Shown piece after piece: positions 8,247 through 16,888 of a stretch of 64,000 nucleotides of DNA. The stretch's first letter is position 1; each line of letters begins with the position of its first letter. Origin of the DNA: an uncultured virus (IMG/VR IMGVR_UViG_3300013120_000767). Its lineage: Duplodnaviria; Heunggongvirae; Uroviricota; Caudoviricetes. Where the stretch lies: positions 1-64,000 of IMG/VR virus record IMGVR_UViG_3300013120_000767. One strand, 5' to 3'. Under the pieces are notes generated by a model, which worked only from the letters and a program-made list of their open reading frames with translations, was not told where the DNA came from and did not search any database. A program made the position numbers and the translations under genes.

Positions 8247-9939
8247 CCCTCGGGCGATGGTGTCGGTTTGTCGTCACCGGTATGGAAGAGGGGCCCCGCT
8301 CCTTTATGAGGAGGGTACGGAGATGGCCTTGGCCGCTACGCTCCCCCCCACTGTTTCCAGCGGGCCCTTGTCCCTGGGCGACGCTACTGTTTTCTTCTCC
8401 GGCTATTTACAAAATCGGGAAGCCCTTATTGCCACCCACGTTCCTCACAAGAAGGGGGCCGGCGACGCAGAAGTAGTGCGGGCGTTGGTTGAAGGAATGG
8501 GGGTGTACCTGACGGTGTCTGCGTTGCGTGGGTTGTTCGCCCTGGTAGTGCAAACCTTCGAAGGGCTGTGGTTGGCAGTTGACCCAGCGTGGGGCAGTGT
8601 TCTCTATTACCATGTCGACAAGAAGGGAGGTGTGCTCTTTGCCAACAAGATTAGCTCCTTGTTGACTTTGGTGCCCGCCGTTCCCCATATTACCCAGGAT
8701 TTATGGACTTTCGAATTCCCCGTTGCTGCTGCAACGATGTTTGAAGGTATCCACCAGGTCCCCGCGCAGCACATTGTTCACTTCGCTTGGGGGTCAACGA
8801 CGCCGGCGGCTATCCGGTACTGGCACCCGCGTGTCCCCCTTGTGCAGGGCTCCCCCACGCAAAGTGTGGTTGCTTTTGAGCAGTTGCTGCGCCAGTCGGC
8901 GGAGACTTGCCGCCGGGACAACCAGGGCTTCACCGTTTCAGGGGGACTGGACTCGGCGGTCTTGGCTGCGCTGATGCGCCCAGAACAGGTCATTGTCAAC
9001 ACCTACGAAGGGTACGGGGATGCCTTCGACGAGCTTGAGTACGCCCTTGCGGTGGCTGCCTCCATTGGGGCCGGAGTTCACTACGTCCGCCCCACGGCAG
9101 ATGATTTCAGGAAGTACTTCCCGGAAATCATTCGGAACCTTGAGGGCATCGTTGCCACTTTCTCCCCTATCTCCAATTTCATGATGGCAAAGAAGACGCA
9201 GGAGTTGGGCTTCTCTTCCTGCGTTTTTGGCCATGGGCCGGATGAGCTCCTCAGTGGGTACATTCGGCATTTGCTTATCATGTACGGGGCGCAGCATGCG
9301 GGTGAGGGGGACTTGACGGAGCAGTTCCTTGGTGCCACTTCTTGCCATGCCTACCGGCCGTTGGCTGAGTACTTATGGGCAACTCCAGAGTTGGCTGAAG
9401 CGTCGCCGCTGGAGCAGCACCTCCGAGTTACGGATCGTTCCCCTACTAGTGGACGGGAGCAGCGAGAGCAGGTGACTAGGTACTTCAATGAGTTCCCGCA
9501 GCTCCCCAATTCACTCGGCAACGTAGAGTTTAACCTTACCTACCCCGCGCAGATGCACATGGGCGCGAGCGACGCCACCGCATTTGGGCTGGAGGCGTTC
9601 TGCCCCTACTTGGACCCCAACGTCATGCAGTTCTGTTTCTCTGTCCCGCACTTGAAGTTGGTTGAGGGGCAGACTAAGTGGATTCTGCGCGAGGTTGGTC
9701 GGCGAATCGGGGTCCCCTCCTCAGTCACGGAGCGGGCGGACAAAAAAGGGTTGGTGGTGCCGGCCACTCGTTGGCTTCAGGGGCCACTTACGGAGTGGGC
9801 GGACGAGTTGGTTCGAGGCTTGCGCAGGCGCCTCCCGCACGACCCTAACGTGCACACTAAATTGAGACGGGGGGAATTCGACCGTCAGCTGTACAAGTTG
9901 GTTTCGCTGGAGTTATGGTTTCGGGAGTTTATCGACTGA
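8191..9939 (+). CDS. asparagine-synthetase-B-like amidoligase
   Basis: GLFALV region, SGGLDS PP-loop, GHGPDELLSGY, CPYLD, TKWILR and KKGLVVP motifs; no N-terminal Cys; start may be GTG 8212. Confidence 0.85.
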   Translation: MSALGGFVIYAGVYRREGDPRAMVSVCRHRYGRGAPLLYEEGTEMALAATLPPTVSSGPLSLGDATVFFSGYLQNREALIATHVPHKKGAGDAEVVRALVEGMGVYLTVSALRGLFALVVQTFEGLWLAVDPAWGSVLYYHVDKKGGVLFANKISSLLTLVPAVPHITQDLWTFEFPVAAATMFEGIHQVPAQHIVHFAWGSTTPAAIRYWHPRVPLVQGSPTQSVVAFEQLLRQSAETCRRDNQGFTVSGGLDSAVLAALMRPEQVIVNTYEGYGDAFDELEYALAVAASIGAGVHYVRPTADDFRKYFPEIIRNLEGIVATFSPISNFMMAKKTQELGFSSCVFGHGPDELLSGYIRHLLIMYGAQHAGEGDLTEQFLGATSCHAYRPLAEYLWATPELAEASPLEQHLRVTDRSPTSGREQREQVTRYFNEFPQLPNSLGNVEFNLTYPAQMHMGASDATAFGLEAFCPYLDPNVMQFCFSVPHLKLVEGQTKWILREVGRRIGVPSSVTERADKKGLVVPATRWLQGPLTEWADELVRGLRRRLPHDPNVHTKLRRGEFDRQLYKLVSLELWFREFID

Positions 9940-11063
9940 TGCGGATTTGCTATGTGTGGAACCAACCGCCTGGTTACGGGGGCGCCTCTACTGAGGCGTA
10001 CGAGACAGTGAAGCGTTTGCGGCAATTGGGGTGCGGGGTGCTGGGGGTAGCTATTGACCACTGCGGCAAATGCCGGCATCTGGGCCTTCCTTACGACATC
10101 ACCGGCAACTGGAGCGACCCCGACCGGATCGGGGGAATTCGGGCTACAGGGTGGTGCCAACGGGATGACCCAGCCCTTCTTGCGGGTGATTTCGATGTGA
10201 TGGTAGGGAAGAACTACGATGCGCCTTGGGTGCTGCGGAAACGCACCGACGTACCCAAAGTGTACCTGACGTCGGGAGTAGACTTCATCTCGCGCTCAGG
10301 CAAGCCCTACCACCAAGTCCAGGAGCCCCCGCCTGAGGGCAACAACGACTTCGTAGCGTTTGGGAGTGCCGACCACGTACTTGTTCACAGCACCATCGAT
10401 TTGGCCTACTACCGTAAATATTTCCCGGCGAAGTTGGTAGCCAAGATCCACCGGGACTCGGTTATTTACACTCCGGATATTGCTGTGCCTCCCATCAACA
10501 GTGAATGGGCCCGCCCCTACCGGGAGCGTCAGTTCGGTTTGTGCTTCTCCGCCTCGGATTGGGGGCGGAGGATGAAAAACCGGGGGCTGCTGGAGGCGGT
10601 CGCTCGGCGGTTTCCTCAAGTGCGCATCGCCGTATGCGGTGACCGGCTGAACCTGCCCTTGCCCAACGTCATTGACTTCGGGTTGGTCGACCACGCTACC
10701 ATGTTGACGCTTTTGGGCAACTCGCGAGTAGTAGTCATCCCTTCCATGTACGACCCTTCCCCCAATTTGTACGCCGAGGCGGCCAAGTTGGGGTGCAACG
10801 TAGTAGTCTCAACCAATGTGGGGAACATAGATAAGCACCCTCCCCCGTTGTGTTGCCCGGATTTGTCAATTGAGACGTTTGCAGCAGCAATCACCCATGC
10901 ACTCGCTGAGAAGCAGCAGCTGCGCTATCGTAAGGTGGACCCGATGGGGGCAGCAGAAGCTCTCCTCGCTTGTCTTCGCAGCGTGTGCCAATCGAAAAGG
11001 AGAAAGACATGGTTATCAAAGTCAACATGCCTGAGTACCTCCCCGAGGTTCTCGCTGAGATGA
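9939..11063 (+). CDS. GT-B glycosyltransferase
   Basis: MRICYV...PGYGGAST N-terminus; MKNR; VVIPSMYDPSPNLYAEAAKLGCNVVVSTNVG donor-binding motif; TGATG coupling. Confidence 0.8.
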   Translation: MRICYVWNQPPGYGGASTEAYETVKRLRQLGCGVLGVAIDHCGKCRHLGLPYDITGNWSDPDRIGGIRATGWCQRDDPALLAGDFDVMVGKNYDAPWVLRKRTDVPKVYLTSGVDFISRSGKPYHQVQEPPPEGNNDFVAFGSADHVLVHSTIDLAYYRKYFPAKLVAKIHRDSVIYTPDIAVPPINSEWARPYRERQFGLCFSASDWGRRMKNRGLLEAVARRFPQVRIAVCGDRLNLPLPNVIDFGLVDHATMLTLLGNSRVVVIPSMYDPSPNLYAEAAKLGCNVVVSTNVGNIDKHPPPLCCPDLSIETFAAAITHALAEKQQLRYRKVDPMGAAEALLACLRSVCQSKRRKTWLSKSTCLSTSPRFSLR

Positions 11064-11998
11064 CGCAAAAGCGAGCAGGCACCACCTGCATCGCAGTCAC
11101 TGAGGAGCCTGGGCCCCTGGCCACCCTGTTGGGGGAACGCTACGGGGTAGCCTTCTTGCTGCCCAGCACCGACCCCGAAGCACTTGACAATTTCGATTCG
11201 TTGTGGTCCGCCGCTCGGAACCTGCTCACTGTGCACAGTCGTAAGGTCAACCGGGGCTTTCGAGACATCACGGCGGCCCTTTTCGATGCGCAGCCGAACA
11301 TGATTCACAGCTTAGGCATCCTCAATTTCTATATGGACCTTTACGAGGCGAAGATGGGGAAACTGCCCAAAACCGTTCTCGAGCTTGGTTTCGGCGATAG
11401 CCCGGTAGGGTCAATGCTCGCTTGCAACATGTGGGGGGCGGAGTACGCCGGCGTCACCGCGGTGAGGGAGGTCGATCCTGAGCTCCGTGAGGTGGAGCGG
11501 GAGGTACTGGCCAAGCTCAACCTTGCCTCTTTCATAGAGAAGGCCGAGCGGCGAGTTGCTCGGGACTACCGTTTGGGCGAAGGGGGGAAGTTCCCCTTGC
11601 GGCGGAAGAAGTACGATCTCATCTTTGCGCACGTAGTCCTGGAGCACGTGGAAAACATGCAAGGCTTCCTGGGTGAAGTGCGGAGGTTGCTCAAGAAGGG
11701 TGGGCAGTTCATTGCTTACACCGATTTGTCCGGTCATGGCATTTCCGGAGATCCGCACCCGCTTCACTTCTTGACCATGACGCAGGAAGAGTGGGAGGCT
11801 GCGCAAGTTGGCTACTTGGACCATCATGGGTACCTCCCCTGCCGCCGGGAGCGGGCGCCTTGGTACGTGGCACAAGTGAAGCAGGCCGGAATGCAGGTCG
11901 AGTTCGAGGTGCGGAACCGTACCGAGCTCCCGGAGAACTCCCAGGTAACGGGGGAGGACGCCGACGTAACCGAGCTGATCACCTACGGTTCTGTGTAG
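11009..11998 (+). CDS. class I SAM-dependent methyltransferase
   Basis: VLELGFG motif I, YDLIFAHVVLEHV, RLLKKGG; AAGGAG RBS before ATG 11009. Confidence 0.85.
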   Translation: MVIKVNMPEYLPEVLAEMTQKRAGTTCIAVTEEPGPLATLLGERYGVAFLLPSTDPEALDNFDSLWSAARNLLTVHSRKVNRGFRDITAALFDAQPNMIHSLGILNFYMDLYEAKMGKLPKTVLELGFGDSPVGSMLACNMWGAEYAGVTAVREVDPELREVEREVLAKLNLASFIEKAERRVARDYRLGEGGKFPLRRKKYDLIFAHVVLEHVENMQGFLGEVRRLLKKGGQFIAYTDLSGHGISGDPHPLHFLTMTQEEWEAAQVGYLDHHGYLPCRRERAPWYVAQVKQAGMQVEFEVRNRTELPENSQVTGEDADVTELITYGSV

Positions 11999-12007
11999 AG
12001 GGGCGAA

Positions 12008-13000
12008 ATGGCCGAGTACCCGCACATGTTGCGCACCGAGCAATTGGCGCAAGAGGCCGTTAATGTTGTGCTAACTACCGGGTGCAACCTCACTTGCCGC
12101 ATGTGCGGGTCTCAGCACACCAAGGAGAAAAAAAAGCTCGAGTGGATGCCCTTTGCCGTGTGGCAGGCGCTGATTGACCAGCTCCCGCCTTATCGGACCA
12201 TCGAGATCAATTCGGAGGGGGAGCACACTACCCACCCCGACTTCTTGAAGATGCTGGACTACCTCAATATGAATGGGAAGTTTGCCTTGAAGTTGAACAC
12301 CAACGGGATGTGGCGCTTCCCAGCTCAGGAACTGTGGCCGTTGTTGAATCGCAACACCTACTCGTTGTCCTTTTCAATGGACGGGCTCAAGGACAACTTT
12401 GAGCGGCTGCGTACCGGGGCTAAGTTCGACGTAGTCTTGGAGAACGTCCGAGAGGCTATTAGCACACTGAGTAGGTGGAACTACGTTGGGCTTTCCTACA
12501 TGGCTACGGCCCGCAATATGGGGGACGTGATCCCCTTGTTGCGGTTGCTGCCGGGGATTCGGTGGATTTTCCTCAACACGTTGCATGTCTGCACTGAGGA
12601 GATGGTCGGAGAGAGCCTGTACGGGTTACGCGAGGAGTACCAGCAATGCTTGGAAGAAACCCAGGCTTACTGCGAAGGCCACGGCATCTCCTTCGGGGCA
12701 GTCCACGGGATTGGGGGTGAGTATGGCGCCTCCCCTGTGTGGGCTGTGCCTGGGTGTTCCTTCCCGAAGTACATGTACGTGCGCCCCACTGGGGATGTTT
12801 TTCCCTGCTGCAACAGGTACGACGCCTCGATTGGTAACGTGACTGAGAGCAGCTGGGAGGAAATCGTCAAGCAGGGACGGTACCGTTTCGATACTAGGAG
12901 CGCCAAGTGTGACCGGTGCTACGCTGCCAGGGGGGAGTGGCAATGGACGCACCACTTTATCAATGCGGAGTACTACAAGTTGTGGGAGAACCTCGGGTAA
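12008..13000 (+). CDS. radical SAM enzyme with SPASM/Twitch-type C-terminus
   Basis: CNLTCRMC triad, EGEHTTHPDF, NTNG, SMDG; C-terminal C-x12-GDVFPCC...IGNV...CDRC. Confidence 0.9.
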   Translation: MAEYPHMLRTEQLAQEAVNVVLTTGCNLTCRMCGSQHTKEKKKLEWMPFAVWQALIDQLPPYRTIEINSEGEHTTHPDFLKMLDYLNMNGKFALKLNTNGMWRFPAQELWPLLNRNTYSLSFSMDGLKDNFERLRTGAKFDVVLENVREAISTLSRWNYVGLSYMATARNMGDVIPLLRLLPGIRWIFLNTLHVCTEEMVGESLYGLREEYQQCLEETQAYCEGHGISFGAVHGIGGEYGASPVWAVPGCSFPKYMYVRPTGDVFPCCNRYDASIGNVTESSWEEIVKQGRYRFDTRSAKCDRCYAARGEWQWTHHFINAEYYKLWENLG

Positions 13001-13554
13001 GGCTCGCTCGGCGCAATTTGGCTTGCGCACGCACGCACATGGACCGGTGTATGTTCAACTATGGGGTCGACCTGGTAGGTCAGCCTTGGGGGGCGGTGTA
13101 CAATCTAGTGCATAACTTGTGGGTGCCTTCAGCGCAATACGCCTTCCTTGCCTTTATCATGGGGTACGTGCGGCACAACATTAAGCTTGGCATTCCGGAG
13201 GACGACTGGCATCAGCATTTCGACCTGGCTAAGCTGTTCCGGGGGGAGGACGTCGCCGCATGTGCCGGGTACTGTTTGGCTCTGCGTTACCTGGGGGCAA
13301 CTATCGGGTATTTTTCCCGCTACGTCCACATTGCAAATGCGGCAGGAGTGCAGCACACAGTTGTGGAGTTTTTACTGAAGGGGGGCTACGTGTTTTTCGA
13401 CCCCCTGTTTGGCTTTGCTTCGCGAGGGCTGAAGTCGGTTGCTGACTTGATTGCAGACCCTGCTGAGGTTATTGCCTGGGAGCAGGCAGGCGGGCCCTAC
13501 TCGGCCAGGTACGGAGAGTCAGGAGCTGCCTATCTGCACACGTTGGTCGATTAG
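12943..13554 (+). CDS. transglutaminase-like (Cys-His-Asp) protein
   Basis: ACAGYC...GYFSRYV...HTVVEF...FFDP has the spacing of a transglutaminase-core triad; start uncertain (12943 or 13039). Confidence 0.6.
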   Translation: MDAPLYQCGVLQVVGEPRVRLARRNLACARTHMDRCMFNYGVDLVGQPWGAVYNLVHNLWVPSAQYAFLAFIMGYVRHNIKLGIPEDDWHQHFDLAKLFRGEDVAACAGYCLALRYLGATIGYFSRYVHIANAAGVQHTVVEFLLKGGYVFFDPLFGFASRGLKSVADLIADPAEVIAWEQAGGPYSARYGESGAAYLHTLVD

Positions 13555-13568
13555 GAGATTTTTGGCTG

Positions 13569-14579
13569 ATGGATACGCCTATAGAGTGTGTAACAGGGGC
13601 TTGTGGGTTGGACCAGTTCACTCAGTGGTTCGAGCGGACCTATGGCGGTACCCTCTTCCTCACCAGTGTAGAGGAGTGGGCGGCGGTCCCCCGTAGTTTG
13701 CAGGAATTGTTAGGCACTTACCGAGTAATTCCGGTGGTTCTAACAGATAAGGGTACCCCTCTTGAGTGCACTCCCTGTGTGGGGCGTTTCCTGGTACGGC
13801 GAGTTGCCCAGGCTCGGGGGTGGTACGCTGATATTGCAGCAGTGGAGGGCCTTGTTGCCCGAACGGTACTGCGAGGGGCGGACACCAGCGGGAGCCCGCT
13901 CCACAATATGGCGGGGGTAGCTCAGCAATTCAGGTGGTACCGAAAGTTGCGGGGCCACGACCCTCGAGACGTGTTCGAGATGGGGTTCGGCCCGGACCAT
14001 CACGGGCAATTGCTTGCGTGCGGTATGCGGGGGGCCGTTTTCAGTGGGGCCACGTTAGACGAGGGCCCCCAGACGAATTTGCAAGCGTTGGTTTCCCTAC
14101 TTACTCGTTTTGTTGATGTTCCCGACCTATCGCCTGCTTTGGGGTGCGTTCGTTACGCTACTCGAGTAGAGGACTTTCCGGGGGAGTCGTGTTTTGACTT
14201 GGTGTATTCCGTAGTGACGTTGGAGCACGTCCCTAATCCAGCTGCTTGCGTGCAACGTATGTACGACTTACTTCGTCCGGGAGCGCTGCTCTTGGCAACT
14301 ATCGGTATCGACGGGCACGGTTTAGGCGAAGGGCCGCTGGATTTCTTGACCTGGTCGGAAGAAGACTATCGCCGAGCAGTGGGGGACAATTGCGTAGGTT
14401 ACCCACAGAATCGGTTGCGGGCGCACGAATGGGAGAGGTTGTTCCGGGATGTCGGCTTGGCCAATGTGGCGATGACAACGACCAATCATGTTGCTGTCCC
14501 TGACTCGGTTGCTGCGTTGTATCCGGAAGGTACTTTGCTTTCCCCCTTGTCGGTGCAACTTAGTGGGGACAAACCATGA
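13569..14579 (+). CDS. class I SAM-dependent methyltransferase (paralog of 11009..11998)
   Basis: VFEMGFG, FDLVYSVVTLEHV and LLRPGA motifs. Confidence 0.85.
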   Translation: MDTPIECVTGACGLDQFTQWFERTYGGTLFLTSVEEWAAVPRSLQELLGTYRVIPVVLTDKGTPLECTPCVGRFLVRRVAQARGWYADIAAVEGLVARTVLRGADTSGSPLHNMAGVAQQFRWYRKLRGHDPRDVFEMGFGPDHHGQLLACGMRGAVFSGATLDEGPQTNLQALVSLLTRFVDVPDLSPALGCVRYATRVEDFPGESCFDLVYSVVTLEHVPNPAACVQRMYDLLRPGALLLATIGIDGHGLGEGPLDFLTWSEEDYRRAVGDNCVGYPQNRLRAHEWERLFRDVGLANVAMTTTNHVAVPDSVAALYPEGTLLSPLSVQLSGDKP

Positions 14580-15307
14580 TTGGGGTCATTGGCAGTTGCC
14601 GGGTGGCCACCCCCTTAGCTTGGGGAGGGGAGGGTTTCCCCCGCCCAACTAAATTGCATAGCTTCGCTGACCTGTACGGTCTGACCCACACTTCGGGTGA
14701 GGCAGCCCAACTCGTCGGCTACGTCGTCGGCGAGGTTAGGATTCCCTGCGAGTTGCGGGATCTCATCTTGCAGCATCCCCAGGAGCCCGTCCCCGTTCCC
14801 AAATTGGCTGTGGCGGTAGTGGAAATCAGCACCTTCCGGCAGGCCGAACTGGGACGGTACGTGCTGCACCGGTGGTGTGTCAAGGAGCAGGTGCTGGACA
14901 AGTACCAAATGAGCTGGGACGGCGATCATTTAGTAGGGGGCAACGGGGGGGCGCCCCCGTTGGTTGGGGGGATACACCGGAGGTTCTTGGACGTCAACGA
15001 CATTAATCGGGACCTTTCGGTTCTGCGTCGGTTATTGGGGTGCCCCTTGCTGGTGGTGTCGCACTTCAACGCTGACTTTGCCCCCTTCGGCAATCCCGGG
15101 AGGAGCCGAAGGAGGGACGTCCTCCTTGCGTTGCTGCGGTCTTGCCGTGTAGAGGGGGTGCGGGTAGTGGACCCGTCGCTACTACTCCCTGCTGACTTGG
15201 CGCAGGCGTTGGTGAGCCCTACGCACTACAGCGACGACTTCGTACCAGTAGTAGGGGAATGGTTGCGGGCAGAGGCTGCGCAAATAATTAAGGATGGAGC
15301 TGAGTGA
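14576..15307 (+). CDS. hypothetical protein, possibly SGNH/GSCFA-like glycan acyl-modifying domain
   Basis: N-terminal VIGSCR, VVEIST and C-terminal THYS; the resemblance is weak. Confidence 0.4.
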   Translation: MIGVIGSCRVATPLAWGGEGFPRPTKLHSFADLYGLTHTSGEAAQLVGYVVGEVRIPCELRDLILQHPQEPVPVPKLAVAVVEISTFRQAELGRYVLHRWCVKEQVLDKYQMSWDGDHLVGGNGGAPPLVGGIHRRFLDVNDINRDLSVLRRLLGCPLLVVSHFNADFAPFGNPGRSRRRDVLLALLRSCRVEGVRVVDPSLLLPADLAQALVSPTHYSDDFVPVVGEWLRAEAAQIIKDGAE

Positions 15308-15546
15308 TGGGGGTTTTCCAGATACTTGGGTCGTCACCGGTAGCCGCATTTGTGAACCAGACCCTGGTGAACTTCCCTTACTCGCACGACGTCCCTCCGG
15401 CAACGTTGTCGGCAACTGAGCAATGGGCGTTGCTGCGCTTCCTGGCAACGCGAGTGAAAGCCTATGTGCGCTGGGCGGAGACCCCTGAAGTGGGGGCGTT
15501 GAGTTCACTACACGCGCGTGTGGCGGGGCTGCGGTTAGTTCAGTAA
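15304..15546 (+). CDS. small hypothetical protein
   Basis: 80 aa; GTGA overlap with the upstream gene; fills an operon gap. Confidence 0.5.
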   Translation: MMGVFQILGSSPVAAFVNQTLVNFPYSHDVPPATLSATEQWALLRFLATRVKAYVRWAETPEVGALSSLHARVAGLRLVQ

Positions 15547-15561
15547 TTGACGGAGGTAGTG

Positions 15562-16878
15562 ATGCAGATAGCACTGGTAGGAACCGGGTACGTAGGCTTG
15601 GTCGCTGCGGTTGGCTTTGCAGAAAAGGGCCACAGCGTTGTCGGCGTCGACAGCAACGCCGCCGTGGTGGAAAATTTGACGCGGGGAGTACCTCACATTT
15701 ACGAGCCTGGCTTGGAGCAGCGCTTGGGTAGGGCGTTGGCCACAGGGAACCTTCGATTTACAACCGACTTGCACGACGCGGTTAAGGTGTCCGAGGTGCT
15801 GTTCATTGCTGTGGGTACCCCCTCCGATGTCGACGGCTCGGCGGACCTTTCCAACGTCCTCGCGGTAGCGCAGCAGGTCGGGGAGGTTGTGTCCAAGGGC
15901 CAAATAGTGGTCTTGAAGAGCACCGTGCCGGTCGGCACCAACGCCCGAGTTACGGCGATTATCCGCGCGGCTGCCGGGGAGGCCATCGAGGTGGTCTCCA
16001 ATCCCGAGTTTCTCAAGGAGGGCACGGCGGTTGCGGACTTCTTGAATCCGGACCGCGTCGTCATCGGCTCGAGTTGCCCCGTTACCCAGGCAGTAATGAG
16101 GACGCTCTACGCCCCCTTTTACCGGCGCACCGGCCGTATCTTGTTCATGGACGCAGTGAGTGCCGAGATTACCAAGTACGGAGCCAACGCTATGTTGGCT
16201 ACGCGAATCTCCTTCATGAATGAGATGGCCGACTTGTGCGCTGCGGTAGGCGGCGATGTCGACGCCGTCCGCCGAGGGATGGGGGCGGACGCCCGCATCG
16301 GGGACCGTTTCCTGTTCGCCGGCGCCGGGTACGGTGGTTCCTGTTTTCCCAAGGACGTGCGTGCCTTGCTGCGCATGGCCAACGAGCTCGATATTCCTCT
16401 ACGCATAGCGCACAGTGTCGATGAAGTAAACACCCAGCAACGTCAATTGGTAGGGCGCTCACTTATCAGCTACTTCAAGGACCGGGGTGGGCTTGCAGGG
16501 AAGCGGGTGGCCGTGTGGGGGCTGGCTTTCAAACCGAACACCGACGACATGAGGGAAGCCCCCGCACGGGAGCTGTTGGTCCAGTTGTTGGCGCAGGGGG
16601 CTGAAGTTGTTGCGTACGACCCGGCGGCGATGCCCAAAGCACAGGAGCTTTTTCCTACGGGGGTCACCTTTGCGGGTGACCTGTACGCTGCGGTGGCGGG
16701 GGCGGATGCGCTGGCCATTATGACCGAGTGGGGGATGTTCCAGGGGGCGGACTTAGGTGCAGTTCAGGAGGCCATGAACACCCCGGTGATCTTCGACGGC
16801 CGCAACTTGTTCCGCCTGGAGGAAATGAGGGCGGCGGGATTCACCTATTGGTCCATCGGTCGCCCATTAGTGGGCTGA
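15562..16878 (+). CDS. ugd: UDP-glucose 6-dehydrogenase (UDP-glucose/GDP-mannose dehydrogenase family)
   Basis: GTGYVG, KSTVPVGT, NPEFLKEG, KYGAN, GYGGSCFPKD (catalytic Cys) and GLAFKPNTDDMRE motifs; GGAGGT RBS. Confidence 0.95.
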   Translation: MQIALVGTGYVGLVAAVGFAEKGHSVVGVDSNAAVVENLTRGVPHIYEPGLEQRLGRALATGNLRFTTDLHDAVKVSEVLFIAVGTPSDVDGSADLSNVLAVAQQVGEVVSKGQIVVLKSTVPVGTNARVTAIIRAAAGEAIEVVSNPEFLKEGTAVADFLNPDRVVIGSSCPVTQAVMRTLYAPFYRRTGRILFMDAVSAEITKYGANAMLATRISFMNEMADLCAAVGGDVDAVRRGMGADARIGDRFLFAGAGYGGSCFPKDVRALLRMANELDIPLRIAHSVDEVNTQQRQLVGRSLISYFKDRGGLAGKRVAVWGLAFKPNTDDMREAPARELLVQLLAQGAEVVAYDPAAMPKAQELFPTGVTFAGDLYAAVAGADALAIMTEWGMFQGADLGAVQEAMNTPVIFDGRNLFRLEEMRAAGFTYWSIGRPLVG

Positions 16879-16888
16879 CGGGGGTGCC

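Noticed and set aside
15304..15546. 80-aa ORF as a RiPP precursor
   Set aside because: No leader/core pattern, Cys-rich core or repeats, and no RRE nearby.
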